A stretch of 64,000 nucleotides of DNA from Marinobacter sp. (GCF_014359475.1 NZ_JACIZI010000022.1); one strand, 5' to 3'. Positions 1 to 10,375 are shown, counted from the first letter of the stretch. Program-made: numbers and translations. Notes: a model not told the origin generated them from the letters alone.

Positions 1-471
<471 letters not shown>

Positions 472-477
472 TCAGGG

Positions 478-2628
478 TTAGCCAAAGAATTTTTCGCCAT
501 TCTTGGCCATTTCACGCAGCTTCTCGGTCGGCTGGTACAGCGGGCCAAGATCTGCGTATTTTTCTGTCAGTTCAACGAACGTGTCGACACCCATGTCGTC
601 AATGTAACGCAGGGCACCGCCACGGAACGGCGGGAAGCCGATACCGAAGATCAGACCCATGTCTGCATCCGCCGGATCCTCGACGATGCCGTCTTCCAGG
701 CAACGAACAGTTTCCAGGCACAGCGGGATCATCATACGGGCGATAATCTCATCTTCATCGAAATCTTTCTTGCCCTGAACGACCGGCTCAAGCAGCTTGT
801 AGCTCTCTTCGTCCACCACTTTCTTCTGCTTGCCCTTCTTGTCGGTTTCATACTTGTAGAAACCCTTGTCGTTCTTCTGGCCGTAACGCTCGTTCTCGAA
901 CATTACTTCCACGGCAGACTTGAAGTCGGCCTTCATACGCTCGGGGAAGCCTTCCGCCATTACTTCGTTGGCGTGCTTGGCGGTGTCCATTCCGACGACG
1001 TCCAGCAGATAGGCCGGGCCCATCGGCCAGCCGAACTTTTCCATGACTTTGTCGACTTTCTGGAAGTCGGCACCGTCACGGATCAGACCAGAGAAGCCGC
1101 CAAAGTACGGGAACAGCACCCGGTTAACCAGGAAGCCCGGGCAGTCGTTAACCACGATCGGTGTCTTGCCCATGGCCTTGGCGTAGGCAACGGTGGTGGC
1201 AATGGCGCGGTCAGACGTCTTCTCGCCACGGATAACCTCAACCAGCGGCATCATGTGGACCGGGTTGAAGAAGTGCATGCCACAGAAGTTTTCGGGACGC
1301 TTCAGATTGGCCGCCAGCTTGTTGATCGAGATGGTGGAAGTGTTGGACGTCAGAATGGTGTCTTCGCGAACCGCATCTTCGGTCTCACGCAGCACCGCGT
1401 CCTTCACCTTCGGGTTCTCGACAACCGCCTCAACCACCAGGTCGACGTTCTTGAAGTCGCCGTAGTTCAGGGTCGGGGTGATACTGTTGAGAACATCGGC
1501 CATTTTGCCGGCATCCATCTTGCCTTTGTCTACACGCTTGGACAGAAGCTTCTTGGCTTCCTTCAGGCCCAGGTTGATGCCTTCCTGAGCAATGTCCTTC
1601 ATAAGGATCGGCGTGCCTTTCAGCGCAGACTGGTAAGCCACACCGCCACCCATGATACCGGCACCCAGAACGGCAGCCAGTTTCACATCACTGGCTTCCT
1701 TTTCCCAGGCGCTGGACTTCTTCTTCAGAGCCTGATCGTTCAGGAACAGACCCACCAGACACGCTGCGGTGTTGGTCTTGGCCATCCTGGCAAAGCCTTT
1801 GGCTTCAACCTCGATCGCCTTGTCACGGGTCATGCCAGCGTGCTTCTGCATCACCTTGATGGCTTCCACCGGCGCAGGATAGTTCTTGCCGGCCTTACCA
1901 GCAACAAAGCCCTTGGAGATCTCGAACGCCATCATGCTTTCCATGGCATTCAGTTTGATCTTGCCTTTTTTCTCTTCCCGGCGGGCCAGATTGTCCAGCT
2001 TGCCTTCATTAACCTGGTGGATAATGCCAATGGCCGCATCCAGCAGCTGATCGGCTTCAACCACAGCGTCCACAGCACCCACTTTCAAGGCTGCATCAGC
2101 GCGGTTTTCAGTGCCGCCAGAGATCCATTCTACAGCGTAATCAACGCCTATCAGACGCGACAGACGCACAGTACCGCCAAAGCCGGGGAAAATACCGAGC
2201 TTGACTTCCGGCAGGCCGACCTTCGCCCTGGAGTTCATTACCCGGTAGTCGGTGGCCAGGCACATCTCGAAACCACCGCCCAACGCGATACCGTTGATGC
2301 AGGTAACGGTCGGGAACGGCAGGTCTTCAATCGTGTTGAACACCTCGTTGGCCTTGAGATTGTTCGCAACCAGATCTTCTTCGGATCCGGCGAACAGGTC
2401 GGTAAACTCGGTGATATCGGCACCGACAATGAAGCTGTCCTTGGAGCTGGTAACCACCAGACCCTTCAGGTTCTTCTGTTTGTCGAGTGCGTCAGCTGCG
2501 GCGCCCAGCTCTTCGATGGTGAGACGGTTGAACTTGTTGACGGACTCGCCCTGCAAGTCGAAGTCCAACTGAGCGATCCCGCCGTCGATCTCTTTAACCG
2601 TGATGGCTTTACCTTCGTAAATCATCAA
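478..2628 (-). CDS. fadB: Fatty acid oxidation complex alpha subunit (enoyl-CoA hydratase / 3-hydroxyacyl-CoA dehydrogenase)
   Basis: 716 aa; crotonase motifs (ALGGGFE, LPEVKLG), Rossmann [13 protein letters not shown]; upstream of fadA. Confidence 0.97.
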   Translation of the reverse strand: MMIYEGKAITVKEIDGGIAQLDFDLQGESVNKFNRLTIEELGAAADALDKQKNLKGLVVTSSKDSFIVGADITEFTDLFAGSEEDLVANNLKANEVFNTIEDLPFPTVTCINGIALGGGFEMCLATDYRVMNSRAKVGLPEVKLGIFPGFGGTVRLSRLIGVDYAVEWISGGTENRADAALKVGAVDAVVEADQLLDAAIGIIHQVNEGKLDNLARREEKKGKIKLNAMESMMAFEISKGFVAGKAGKNYPAPVEAIKVMQKHAGMTRDKAIEVEAKGFARMAKTNTAACLVGLFLNDQALKKKSSAWEKEASDVKLAAVLGAGIMGGGVAYQSALKGTPILMKDIAQEGINLGLKEAKKLLSKRVDKGKMDAGKMADVLNSITPTLNYGDFKNVDLVVEAVVENPKVKDAVLRETEDAVREDTILTSNTSTISINKLAANLKRPENFCGMHFFNPVHMMPLVEVIRGEKTSDRAIATTVAYAKAMGKTPIVVNDCPGFLVNRVLFPYFGGFSGLIRDGADFQKVDKVMEKFGWPMGPAYLLDVVGMDTAKHANEVMAEGFPERMKADFKSAVEVMFENERYGQKNDKGFYKYETDKKGKQKKVVDEESYKLLEPVVQGKKDFDEDEIIARMMIPLCLETVRCLEDGIVEDPADADMGLIFGIGFPPFRGGALRYIDDMGVDTFVELTEKYADLGPLYQPTEKLREMAKNGEKFFG

Positions 2629-2734
2629 CTGATCTCCAGTCTGTGTTTATAACTGCCTGCCAGTGCGATTGCGGTAGCCTTCGGCACCAGCCTGTGCAGT
2701 AAGATTTCGGTCACTGCCCGATCAACCGATTCAA

Positions 2735-2754
2735 ATTCATACAGTCGTTTGAAT
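2735..2754. promoter_or_regulatory. PsrA-type operator upstream of fadBA
   Basis: ATTCATACAGTCGTTTGAAT closely matches the palindromic PsrA consensus ATTCAAAC-N4-GTTTGAAT; a TTGACA lies at 2795-2790 on the minus strand. Confidence 0.7.
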
Positions 2755-3144
2755 CGAGAGGAGCACACGATGAAAAAAAACAGCGCATTTGTCAATTTGT
2801 TTCTGAACGCAACGCAGCCACTAGCACCACGGCTGCACTGAGCGAAACATAAAAATATCCATAAAATATTTTAAATAGAGTATGTTAAAGACACTTCTTA
2901 AGAAGACTTGGGAGCAACGCTCTCTAAAAATACATTTCTGAGGCATTTGGGAAGCTACAGAGTGTTACCAAAACCGCTTGATCGGCTTCAGGAGTTACTT
3001 TACCTTCACCGAACGACCAACGTCTACAGGGCTGTGTCGTGATTTACGGCAGCATCACAAGCTGCTTACCCGTCACCGGATGACAAACTCTGAACTTGAG
3101 TCACAGGAATAAAAAACGTTGTACAACGACGGAGATACCACCCG

Positions 3145-3981
3145 ATGAAAGAAGCGCCATCCCGGGTTCGCTCGCTGGTCACCATCCTGGCCATGACTTT
3201 TCTGTTCGCCTTCCAGGCCCAGGCCCAGCAAGAACCTGCCAGGCAAGATTCCGGTGCCAATTATCTGGCAGAACTGCATGACTTTCGGCTAAACAACTAT
3301 CAGTCTCTGGATGCCTATTATCGCTTCAGCGCCAGCACCGATCCGGCTGCGCTGAACGAGATTGTGGCCGGCGTTAACGATGCCAACGATTCCATGGAAG
3401 TGATCGTTTCCAGTGAATTGGCGGTACTCAGCCCGGAGCAGTTGGACCAGCTGAACGCGGAATTTGACAGCTTCAAGGATCTGATGAAGGAAAACATCAC
3501 CGTCGTGCGCAATACCGGTTACCCGGATTTACGACTCTCGGCGGAACTGGCGGAGCAGGCGGTGGTGCTGAACAACCTCGCCAGTGAGCTTTATCAGGTG
3601 GCACAGGAAAGTGGCGAGACCGATCCGGACGAGCGGGTCGAGACGGCCCGCTCCGCGGCCGTCACCATAGCCCGGATGATGACAAAGTACTCTGCTCGCA
3701 GTAACTCCTCTGTATCACAGGCATTTCAGGGTTCATCATCCGAAGTCGCCCTTGATGAGCAGGCGCGCCAGTTCGATGCCATGCTGAATAAAGTAAAGGC
3801 CGGCAGTGCAGAAGGCGAACTCAAGCAACTGCTTGATGAAATAAGCTCAAAGTGGCTTTTCATCAAGGGTTCTTACATCAACTTCAATGAGCACAACGTT
3901 TCCTTCGTTATCGGCCGCTATTCCCAGGGCATTATTGAGAGACTGGACCGTGTGATCACCCTGCTGGAAAACCAGGGATAA
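3145..3981 (+). CDS. Secreted/periplasmic hypothetical protein, predominantly helical
   Basis: 278 aa; GGAG RBS; signal-peptide-like N-terminus ending AQA; followed by an intrinsic terminator. Confidence 0.85.
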   Translation: MKEAPSRVRSLVTILAMTFLFAFQAQAQQEPARQDSGANYLAELHDFRLNNYQSLDAYYRFSASTDPAALNEIVAGVNDANDSMEVIVSSELAVLSPEQLDQLNAEFDSFKDLMKENITVVRNTGYPDLRLSAELAEQAVVLNNLASELYQVAQESGETDPDERVETARSAAVTIARMMTKYSARSNSSVSQAFQGSSSEVALDEQARQFDAMLNKVKAGSAEGELKQLLDEISSKWLFIKGSYINFNEHNVSFVIGRYSQGIIERLDRVITLLENQG

Positions 3982-4023
3982 CCAACCAGATACCCGGTCA
4001 GACGGCCGCAAATGCCGCTCCAG

Positions 4024-4048
4024 AAAGCCGGGGACTCCCCGGTTTTTT
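4024..4048 (+). terminator. Rho-independent terminator
   Basis: GCCGGGG-act-CCCCGGT stem-loop followed by a T run. Confidence 0.8.
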
Positions 4049-4163
4049 GTATCCGGGACACTGGCTAATTTCCACTACTTCCCCCCTGGGCTTTTACCCC
4101 TATCGCCAATAGCATAAAGTGTTTATTGAAGTTGATCCCATCTTGCCGCAAAGGAGCATTGCA

Positions 4164-4604
4164 ATGTCCGCATACAGCAACATCATGGTGGCCATCGATC
4201 TGACCGAGGAGGCGCCGCAGGTTCTTGAAAAGGCCAAGGCCATGTCACAGGCTCACGGAGCAGCCCTCACCCTGGTTCATGTCGTGGAGCCGGTCGGTTA
4301 CGCCTACGGAGGCGATATCCCCATGGATCTGACAGAGTTGCAGGATCAGCTGGACCAGGCGGCCCGTGAACAACTGGCCAAATACGGCGACCAGTATGGT
4401 GTCAGCAAGGAAAACCAGATTGTCACCGTCGGCCGTCCGGAGTCCGAAATCCACCGACTGGCCGAAGAGCGCTCAACCGATCTGGTCATTGTCGGGAGCC
4501 ATGGCCGCAAGGGTTTCCAGTTACTGCTGGGCTCAACCGCCAACGGCGTATTGCACGGCACTGTATGTGACGTTCTTGCGGTGCGAATCAAAGACAGGGG
4601 ATAA
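4164..4604 (+). CDS. Universal stress protein (UspA family)
   Basis: ATG at 4164 after AAGGAG; MVAIDL and VGSHGRKGFQLLLGSTANGVLH motifs. Confidence 0.93.
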   Translation: MSAYSNIMVAIDLTEEAPQVLEKAKAMSQAHGAALTLVHVVEPVGYAYGGDIPMDLTELQDQLDQAAREQLAKYGDQYGVSKENQIVTVGRPESEIHRLAEERSTDLVIVGSHGRKGFQLLLGSTANGVLHGTVCDVLAVRIKDRG

Positions 4605-4608
4605 CGCA

Positions 4609-4639
4609 GAGGGCCGGCGGCACGGACGCGCCGGCCCTC
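4609..4639. terminator. Hairpin between convergent usp and uup
   Basis: Perfect 11-bp stem GAGGGCCGGCG/CGCCGGCCCTC; no U tract. Confidence 0.6.
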
Positions 4640-4643
4640 CGTG

Positions 4644-6611
4644 TTATCCGGCGCCCATTTCCTCAAGCTCCATCCATCGCTCGAGGGTCTGCTCCAGCTC
4701 CGCCTCTGCAGCCGCCATCGCCTCCAGCGTGGCAGTGACCTCACCCTGATCTCCGGCATAGAAGTCGGAATCGGACACTTTCTCCTGCAATTCAGCCAGA
4801 CGATTTTCCAGGCTTTCAATCATGCCCGGGAGCTGCTCAAGCTCGAGTTTTAGCTTGTAACTGAGCTTCGCTTTACCCTGCTTTTTTTCCGGCGAGCCAG
4901 CAGCCTTATCACCGGCATCGGTTTTATCGGCCGCAGGCTTCATTTGGCCAGAGTCAGCAGGCATACTCCCGGAGGGTGCCCCACGGTTTCCCGCCTTGCG
5001 AATACCGCCGGTTTCTGCGGGGAACCGGCCACCCTGCCGCCGCCAGTCAGAATAACCGCCCACGTATTCCCGGACCTTGCCGGTGCCGTCCAGGAAAATG
5101 GTGTCCGTGACCACGTTATCCAGAAACTCCCGGTCGTGACTGATCAGAATCACTGTGCCGGAGAACTCCACCAACCGGGCTTCCAGCAACTCCAGCGTCT
5201 CGACATCAAGATCATTGGTAGGTTCGTCCAACACCAGGATATTGGCGGGCTTGCTGAAGAGTTTGGCCAGCAGCAGACGCGCTCGTTCACCACCGGAAAA
5301 CACACTTACCGGCGACCGGGCTCTTTGCGGGCTGAACAGGAATTCCTGCAGATAACCCATGACATGCTTCTGCTGACCATTGATATCAATATACTCCCGG
5401 CCCTCAGCTATGTTGTCGAGCGCGGTACGTTCAAGGTCCAGCTCGCCCCGCAGCTGATCGAAATAGGCCACCTGCAGATTGGTACCAAGCCGCAGGCTAC
5501 CTTCGGTGGGTTCGAGATCCCCCAGAAGCAGCCTTACCAAGGTCGTTTTGCCGGTACCGTTCTCACCCACCAGGCCGATCTTGTCACCCCGCAGTACGGT
5601 CAGATTCATATCCCGGATAATCGAGGTCCCATCGCCATAGGCGAAACCGGCATGGACCGCCTCCGCCACCAGCTTACCTGAACGGGCGGCATCCTCGATC
5701 GCGAAGCTGGCCGTGCCACCCCGCTCTCTGCGCTGCCGATGCTCTTCACGCATGGCTTTGAGTGCCCTTACACGGCCCATATTGCGGGTGCGGCGAGCCT
5801 TGATGCCCTGGCGTATCCAGGCCTCTTCCTGCTTGAGCCTCTTGTCAAACAGGGCGTTCTGGCGCTCCTCTTCCTCCAGCGCTTTATCCTTCAGCGCCAG
5901 ATAACGATCGTAATTGGCAGCAAAACTGACCAGCTTGCCACGATCCAGCTCGACGATGCGGGTCGCGGTGCGGCGGATAAACGCCCGGTCGTGACTGACA
6001 AACAGAATGGCACCACGGAACTGGCCCAATGCCTGCTCCATCCAGGCAATGGCCGGCACGTCCAGATGGTTGGTGGGCTCGTCCAGTAACAATATGTCCG
6101 GTTCGCCTACCAAAGCCTTTGCCAGCAGCACCCGACGCTGCCAGCCACCAGAGAGGGTATTCAGGCGTTGCTCAGGATCGATTCCGTAATTCTCCAGAAT
6201 AGCTCCCACCCGCTGGTCCAGGTTCCAGCCATCCAGCACCTCGATGCGCTCCTGGACCTTCATCATGCGATTGAGACTGGCCTCGTCGGCACTCTGGGTC
6301 AGTCGATGAAACTCCGCCAGTAATTCGCCGGTTTCCGGAAAAGCCCCGGAGACCACTTCATAGGCAGTGCGGGAGTCATCACTGGGGAGTGTCTGGGGCA
6401 ACACCGCCAGCCGTGCACCTTCTTCCAGGCGTATATGGCCGCCGTCCGGTACCACGTCGCCGGCGAGAATCTTGAGCAGGGTAGACTTGCCCTCCCCGTT
6501 ACGCCCCAGCAGGCAAACCCGCTCCCCCCGGTCGATCGTCAGGGATGCATGATCCAATAGCGGATGCATGCCGAAGGCAAGGGATATATCGTCAAGGGTC
6601 AATACAGGCAC
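4644..6611 (-). CDS. uup: ABC-F family ATPase Uup
   Basis: 655 aa; two ABC domains (GRNGEGKS, LSGGW, DEPTN; GENGTGKT, SGGE); no TM segments; C-terminal coiled coil KLSYKL. Confidence 0.92.
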   Translation of the reverse strand: MPVLTLDDISLAFGMHPLLDHASLTIDRGERVCLLGRNGEGKSTLLKILAGDVVPDGGHIRLEEGARLAVLPQTLPSDDSRTAYEVVSGAFPETGELLAEFHRLTQSADEASLNRMMKVQERIEVLDGWNLDQRVGAILENYGIDPEQRLNTLSGGWQRRVLLAKALVGEPDILLLDEPTNHLDVPAIAWMEQALGQFRGAILFVSHDRAFIRRTATRIVELDRGKLVSFAANYDRYLALKDKALEEEERQNALFDKRLKQEEAWIRQGIKARRTRNMGRVRALKAMREEHRQRRERGGTASFAIEDAARSGKLVAEAVHAGFAYGDGTSIIRDMNLTVLRGDKIGLVGENGTGKTTLVRLLLGDLEPTEGSLRLGTNLQVAYFDQLRGELDLERTALDNIAEGREYIDINGQQKHVMGYLQEFLFSPQRARSPVSVFSGGERARLLLAKLFSKPANILVLDEPTNDLDVETLELLEARLVEFSGTVILISHDREFLDNVVTDTIFLDGTGKVREYVGGYSDWRRQGGRFPAETGGIRKAGNRGAPSGSMPADSGQMKPAADKTDAGDKAAGSPEKKQGKAKLSYKLKLELEQLPGMIESLENRLAELQEKVSDSDFYAGDQGEVTATLEAMAAAEAELEQTLERWMELEEMGAG

Positions 6612-6618
6612 AGTCTCT

Positions 6619-7413
6619 TTACTCCGGTTGCTGAACAGTCACGGGATCACCCACCCGAATGGTCGAATGGCTGGTGTGAATACCATTCATACCGAATATC
6701 ACACCATCATCGGTACGACGAAAACCTGCCAGGGTGCGCAAAGGTTCCCGCAGGTCGGAGGCTTCTCCGGTCTCAGGATCCACCGTGGTCATTATGCAAC
6801 GGGCACAGGGCTTCACCAGACGCATCTCCCCCTGCCCGACCGCCAGGGTCCGCCATTGATCCTCTTCCCACGGCAGGTTCCCGTCCACGACAATATTGGG
6901 ACGAAATCGATTCATGGTGACCGGTTCTGCCAGACGGCGGTTGAGATCCTCCAGCGAACGGGTATTGGTGACCAGCAAAGGGAATCCGTCTGCAAAGCTG
7001 ACCCGCCGGGATTCCTGCACCCGTTCCGGATCCACGCGGCGGAAGCTGGAATCCGGCATATACACCAGCCGCAGGGTACGACCGCAAAAGTCCGATAATG
7101 CCCGGGACACCCGTCCCGCCTCGGCCTGGGCCATGGCCCGGTCCCGCCAGACTCCAACGGTCAGTTGCTGTTCGGTCATCTCCAGAGGCAAACCACACTG
7201 CCCCGGAACCTCCACCCGCACCTGCCCATGTTCCAGCCGGGTTTTCACCAACGCCAGTCGGGGGAGCCCGCGCTGGGTTACGAACTCTCCGGCTTCGTCC
7301 ACGATCATCCAGCGCCGATCAGCCACTGGTCCGAAATCGTCAAATTCGATTTGCTGCACCGGGATTCCCGCCAGGGATTTTACCGGGTATATAAACAGCG
7401 AATGCACCTGCAT
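6619..7413 (-). CDS. MOSC domain protein (YcbX/mARC-like)
   Basis: LFIYPVKS, DRRWM, FADGFP, RFRPNIVV and KPCARC motifs. Confidence 0.92.
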   Translation of the reverse strand: MQVHSLFIYPVKSLAGIPVQQIEFDDFGPVADRRWMIVDEAGEFVTQRGLPRLALVKTRLEHGQVRVEVPGQCGLPLEMTEQQLTVGVWRDRAMAQAEAGRVSRALSDFCGRTLRLVYMPDSSFRRVDPERVQESRRVSFADGFPLLVTNTRSLEDLNRRLAEPVTMNRFRPNIVVDGNLPWEEDQWRTLAVGQGEMRLVKPCARCIMTTVDPETGEASDLREPLRTLAGFRRTDDGVIFGMNGIHTSHSTIRVGDPVTVQQPE

Positions 7414-7498
7414 GGGTAATCGACCACCAGCTTGCTATCAGATCCGGGAAGAGTATAACCGAACGGGCCTGCGGATAAATTTCCGGGCACACAAAACG

Positions 7499-7526
7499 AA
7501 AAAACCCGGCCACACGGGCCGGGTTT
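7499..7526 (-). terminator. Terminator downstream of tRNA-Gly
   Basis: AAACCCGGCC/GGCCGGGTTT stem with a U tract on the minus strand. Confidence 0.8.
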
Positions 7527-7533
7527 CGGAATC

Positions 7534-7609
7534 TGGAGCGGGAAACGAGATTCGAACTCGCGACCCCAACCTTGGCAAGGTTGTGCTCTACCAACTGAGC
7601 TATTCCCGC
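7534..7609 (-). tRNA. tRNA-Gly(GCC)
   Basis: 76 nt cloverleaf GCGGGAATAGCTCAGTTGGTAGAGC...TTGCCAA...GTTCGAATC...CCA. Confidence 0.98.
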
Positions 7610-7644
7610 AATGTCTGTGGGGCTTGGCCTCACGACGGGTGGCT

Positions 7645-7672
7645 ATTCTACGGATTCCGCCTTCGCCGTCAA
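7645..7672 (-). promoter_or_regulatory. Sigma70 promoter of tRNA-Gly
   Basis: TTGACG-16-TAGAAT followed by a GC-rich discriminator. Confidence 0.75.
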
Positions 7673-7853
7673 TACTTTTTTCAGGTTTTTGTTTTAAAGG
7701 GCTTTATTCCCGGTGCCTCCGTGTTCAGCTGTGTTTTACAACCCGTCAAAAGCGCGGGCGCCGATGTCCGGATTGAGTCCCTGCGGAAGAAAGCCGCGGC
7801 CCATGGCCATATACCGTAATATGCCTTGCCCCGGTCGTTATCTCACTGGCATG

Positions 7854-8465
7854 TTACTGACCAAAGGTCCGCCCCTTGTTCAACCAGTCTTTCTCAGATT
7901 CCGTACTGGCCCGCTTGAGCACCCGGTTACGATGGGGGAAGCGACCAAATCGCTCAATAATGGCGTAGTGATCCTTTGCCGAATTCAGGAATCCTGCCAT
8001 CAGCCCGGCCACCTTGCCCTGCGTGGATGCCGCCAGTTGTTCATAGCACTCCACAGCCAGCGCCTGATCCTCAATACGTTCGGAGTGCCCCAGTGGCATA
8101 TACAGAAACGCGCGCTGTACCGGCGGCAGAGACATATCCTGGCCACGGCCCATGGCCTGCCGTGCGCGCTTTCTCGCCAGCCGGTCATTGTCGAACGCCA
8201 TGTTGGTGCCACGGTAGATATTACGGGTGAACTGATCCAGCAGTATGACCTCGGCCAGAGCGCCACCGGCTTCTTCCCGCCATACTTCCAGCCCGTCTTC
8301 CGAGGCGAACAGCACCAGCGAGAGAAAGCGGCGGCGGATTTCCTGGTCAAACTTCCTGGTCGAGCGAAACCAGCGATTGCGGTGCTCCTCATCTGGCAAC
8401 CCGTCACTATCGAGTTCCCCGAACCAGAAATCCAGAACGTGTTTCCATTCGAACATAACAGGCAC
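7854..8465 (-). CDS. DUF924 family protein
   Basis: VLDFWFGE, ILLDQFTRNIYRG, FLYMPLGHSE and RFGRFPHRN motifs. Confidence 0.92.
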   Translation of the reverse strand: MPVMFEWKHVLDFWFGELDSDGLPDEEHRNRWFRSTRKFDQEIRRRFLSLVLFASEDGLEVWREEAGGALAEVILLDQFTRNIYRGTNMAFDNDRLARKRARQAMGRGQDMSLPPVQRAFLYMPLGHSERIEDQALAVECYEQLAASTQGKVAGLMAGFLNSAKDHYAIIERFGRFPHRNRVLKRASTESEKDWLNKGRTFGQ

Positions 8466-8544
8466 ATCTCCCTTCCCGACTGACTGCTACACTCTACGGC
8501 AGGCAGTCCAAATCCGTTCTCAGGCTCCGGAGCCAAGAGTACCC

Positions 8545-8916
8545 ATGAGCACAAGGCAGCAAATCATACTACTCGCCCACGGCAGCAGCGACCAACGCTG
8601 GTGCGATACTTTTGAAAAACTGGCGGCACCCACCCTGGCCTCGGTACCGGATTCCCGGGTGGCCTATATGGAACTCAGTTCTCCTTCCCTGCAGGATGCC
8701 ATTGCCGAGGGCGTGGTGCAGGAAATCCACCATTTCACTGTGGTCCCACTGTTTCTCGCAGCCGGCCGCCACCTGCGCAAAGATGTGCCAGAGATGCTGA
8801 AGGAGCTCGAAAGCAAGCATGGGGTGTCCATAACACTGCAACCACCGGTGGGCGAAAACCCGGAGCTCGGGCGGGCCATCCGTGACGTTGTCCAAAAGAC
8901 TCTCGCGGAGGTGTGA
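8545..8916 (+). CDS. Short CbiX/SirB-type sirohydrochlorin chelatase
   Basis: ATG at 8545; LLAHGS, AYMEL and VPLFLAAGRHLRKD motifs. Confidence 0.88.
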   Translation: MSTRQQIILLAHGSSDQRWCDTFEKLAAPTLASVPDSRVAYMELSSPSLQDAIAEGVVQEIHHFTVVPLFLAAGRHLRKDVPEMLKELESKHGVSITLQPPVGENPELGRAIRDVVQKTLAEV

Positions 8917-8917
8917 G

Positions 8918-9823
8918 ATGGGCAAACGCATCCTGATAACCGGCGGCACGGGATTTATCGGACAACGACTCTGCCAGGCACTACTGGCCGGGGAGTCCCG
9001 GTTGACGGTGCTCAGCCGGCAGGATCCGGTCACCGTCAGAAGTCTTTGCGGGCGGGTAGAAGCCGCCAACTCCCTGGATACTCTGCACGGCCATCCCGGT
9101 TTTGATGCCGTCATTAACCTGGCCGGCGAAGGTATTGCAGAAAAGCGCTGGAGCCAGGCCCGCAAACAGCAGCTCGTGGACAGCCGGGTAGCCCTCACTC
9201 GCACACTTGCCGAGGTCATCTGTAGCTGGGAACAGAAGCCGGAGGTGCTGGTGTCCGGTTCCGCCGTCGGCTTCTATGGCGATCAGGGGCATGCCCGGGT
9301 TAACGAAAGCACCACCCCCAAGGACGAATTCACCCACCGCATGTGCGCGGACTGGGAGAAGGAAGCGCTGGCTCTGGAGGAGCATGGCGTGCGGGTCTGC
9401 CTGTCCCGCACCGGCCTGGTGGTAGGGCCCGACGGGGGGTTTCTGCAGAAGATGTTGCTGCCTTTCCGACTGGGCCTGGGTGGTCGCCTTGGTAACGGAC
9501 AACAGTACATGCCCTGGATTCACCGGGACGATGTGGTAGATGCCCTGTTGTGGATGCTGAAAACACCCCGGGCTTGCGGCCCTTACAATGTGGTCAGTCC
9601 CAACCCGGCCACTAACCGCGAGTTCACACGCACCCTGGCAGGCGTGTTACACAGGCCCGCCCTGCTTCCGGCACCGCCCTTCGCATTAAAGCTCGCCCTG
9701 GGGGAAATGAGCCGGCTATTGCTCACTGGACAGAAGGCTGTGCCCGATCGACTGACAGACGCAGGTTTCAGTTTCCTGTTTCCTGAACTGGGACCAGCGC
9801 TGCGAGATGCCCTTGGAAGCTGA
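8918..9823 (+). CDS. TIGR01777 family NAD-dependent epimerase/oxidoreductase (YfcH-like)
   Basis: ILITGGTGFIG, INLAGEGI, SGSAVGFYG and PWIH motifs; starts 2 nt after the chelatase stop. Confidence 0.92.
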   Translation: MGKRILITGGTGFIGQRLCQALLAGESRLTVLSRQDPVTVRSLCGRVEAANSLDTLHGHPGFDAVINLAGEGIAEKRWSQARKQQLVDSRVALTRTLAEVICSWEQKPEVLVSGSAVGFYGDQGHARVNESTTPKDEFTHRMCADWEKEALALEEHGVRVCLSRTGLVVGPDGGFLQKMLLPFRLGLGGRLGNGQQYMPWIHRDDVVDALLWMLKTPRACGPYNVVSPNPATNREFTRTLAGVLHRPALLPAPPFALKLALGEMSRLLLTGQKAVPDRLTDAGFSFLFPELGPALRDALGS

Positions 9824-9860
9824 CATGGCAGGGTCATCAGGAAGTTTTAATGGAAAAAAT

Positions 9861-9889
9861 TTGACAGCCCCCGGAGGCTTACTTATTAT
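9861..9889 (+). promoter_or_regulatory. Sigma70 promoter of tRNA-Glu
   Basis: TTGACA-17-TATTAT plus GC-rich discriminator. Confidence 0.8.
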
Positions 9890-9928
9890 ACGCGCCACCT
9901 CGACGAGGCAAGGCAAAAAAGCCGATGC

Positions 9929-10004
9929 GTCCCCTTCGTCTAGTGGCCCAGGACTCCGCCCTTTCACGGCGGCAACAGGGGTTCGAACCCCCTAGGGGAC
10001 GCCA
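9929..10004 (+). tRNA. tRNA-Glu(TTC)
   Basis: 76 nt; anticodon arm CCGCC-CTTTCAC-GGCGG; GGTTCGAA T-loop; CCA end. Confidence 0.98.
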
Positions 10005-10018
10005 CTTTTTCCAGCGCC

Positions 10019-10150
10019 TCAACGCCCGTGCCGACCCTCATCGTGGTGATGTCTGGCATCCCTGGCAACGAAAACTCCCACACCAACAAAAAAGCCAACC
10101 ATCAGAACTACGGTTCCGATACCTGCGATAACAACTGCATCCATATACAT
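10019..10150 (-). CDS. ccoM: Small membrane protein resembling cbb3 cytochrome c oxidase subunit CcoM
   Basis: Not in ORF track. 43 aa MYMDAVVIAGIGTVVLMVGFFVGVGVFVARDARHHHDEGRHGR; GGAGG RBS 8 nt upstream; pattern D-x-VVIAG-x2-TV-x-LM...RD matches Pseudomonas CcoM as I recall it; ANR box upstream. Confidence 0.8.
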   Translation of the reverse strand: MYMDAVVIAGIGTVVLMVGFFVGVGVFVARDARHHHDEGRHGR

Positions 10151-10215
10151 GGTCATGCCCTCCGGCGCTGAATGATCTCTACGGTTTCAGGCTACGCCTT
10201 CTGCCCGTCCTCGTA

Positions 10216-10229
10216 TTGACCCAAATCAA
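10216..10229. promoter_or_regulatory. ANR/FNR box, class II position for the ccoM-like gene
   Basis: TTGAC-CCAA-ATCAA vs consensus TTGAT-N4-ATCAA; minus-strand -10 TAGCCT at 10194-10189 places the box centre about 41 bp from a plausible start site. Confidence 0.8.
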
Positions 10230-10375
10230 TTCCGAAACTCACCTTTCAGCGGTTTTCTGTGGCCCGAAACGGGCCATTCATCCGGAATTCAACTGCTTTT
10301 CAGTGCACCAATTCGGGACTCTGCTATAGTCCACATGAGTGTCACAAGGAATGTTTGATACAGAGGTAAGGGAGC

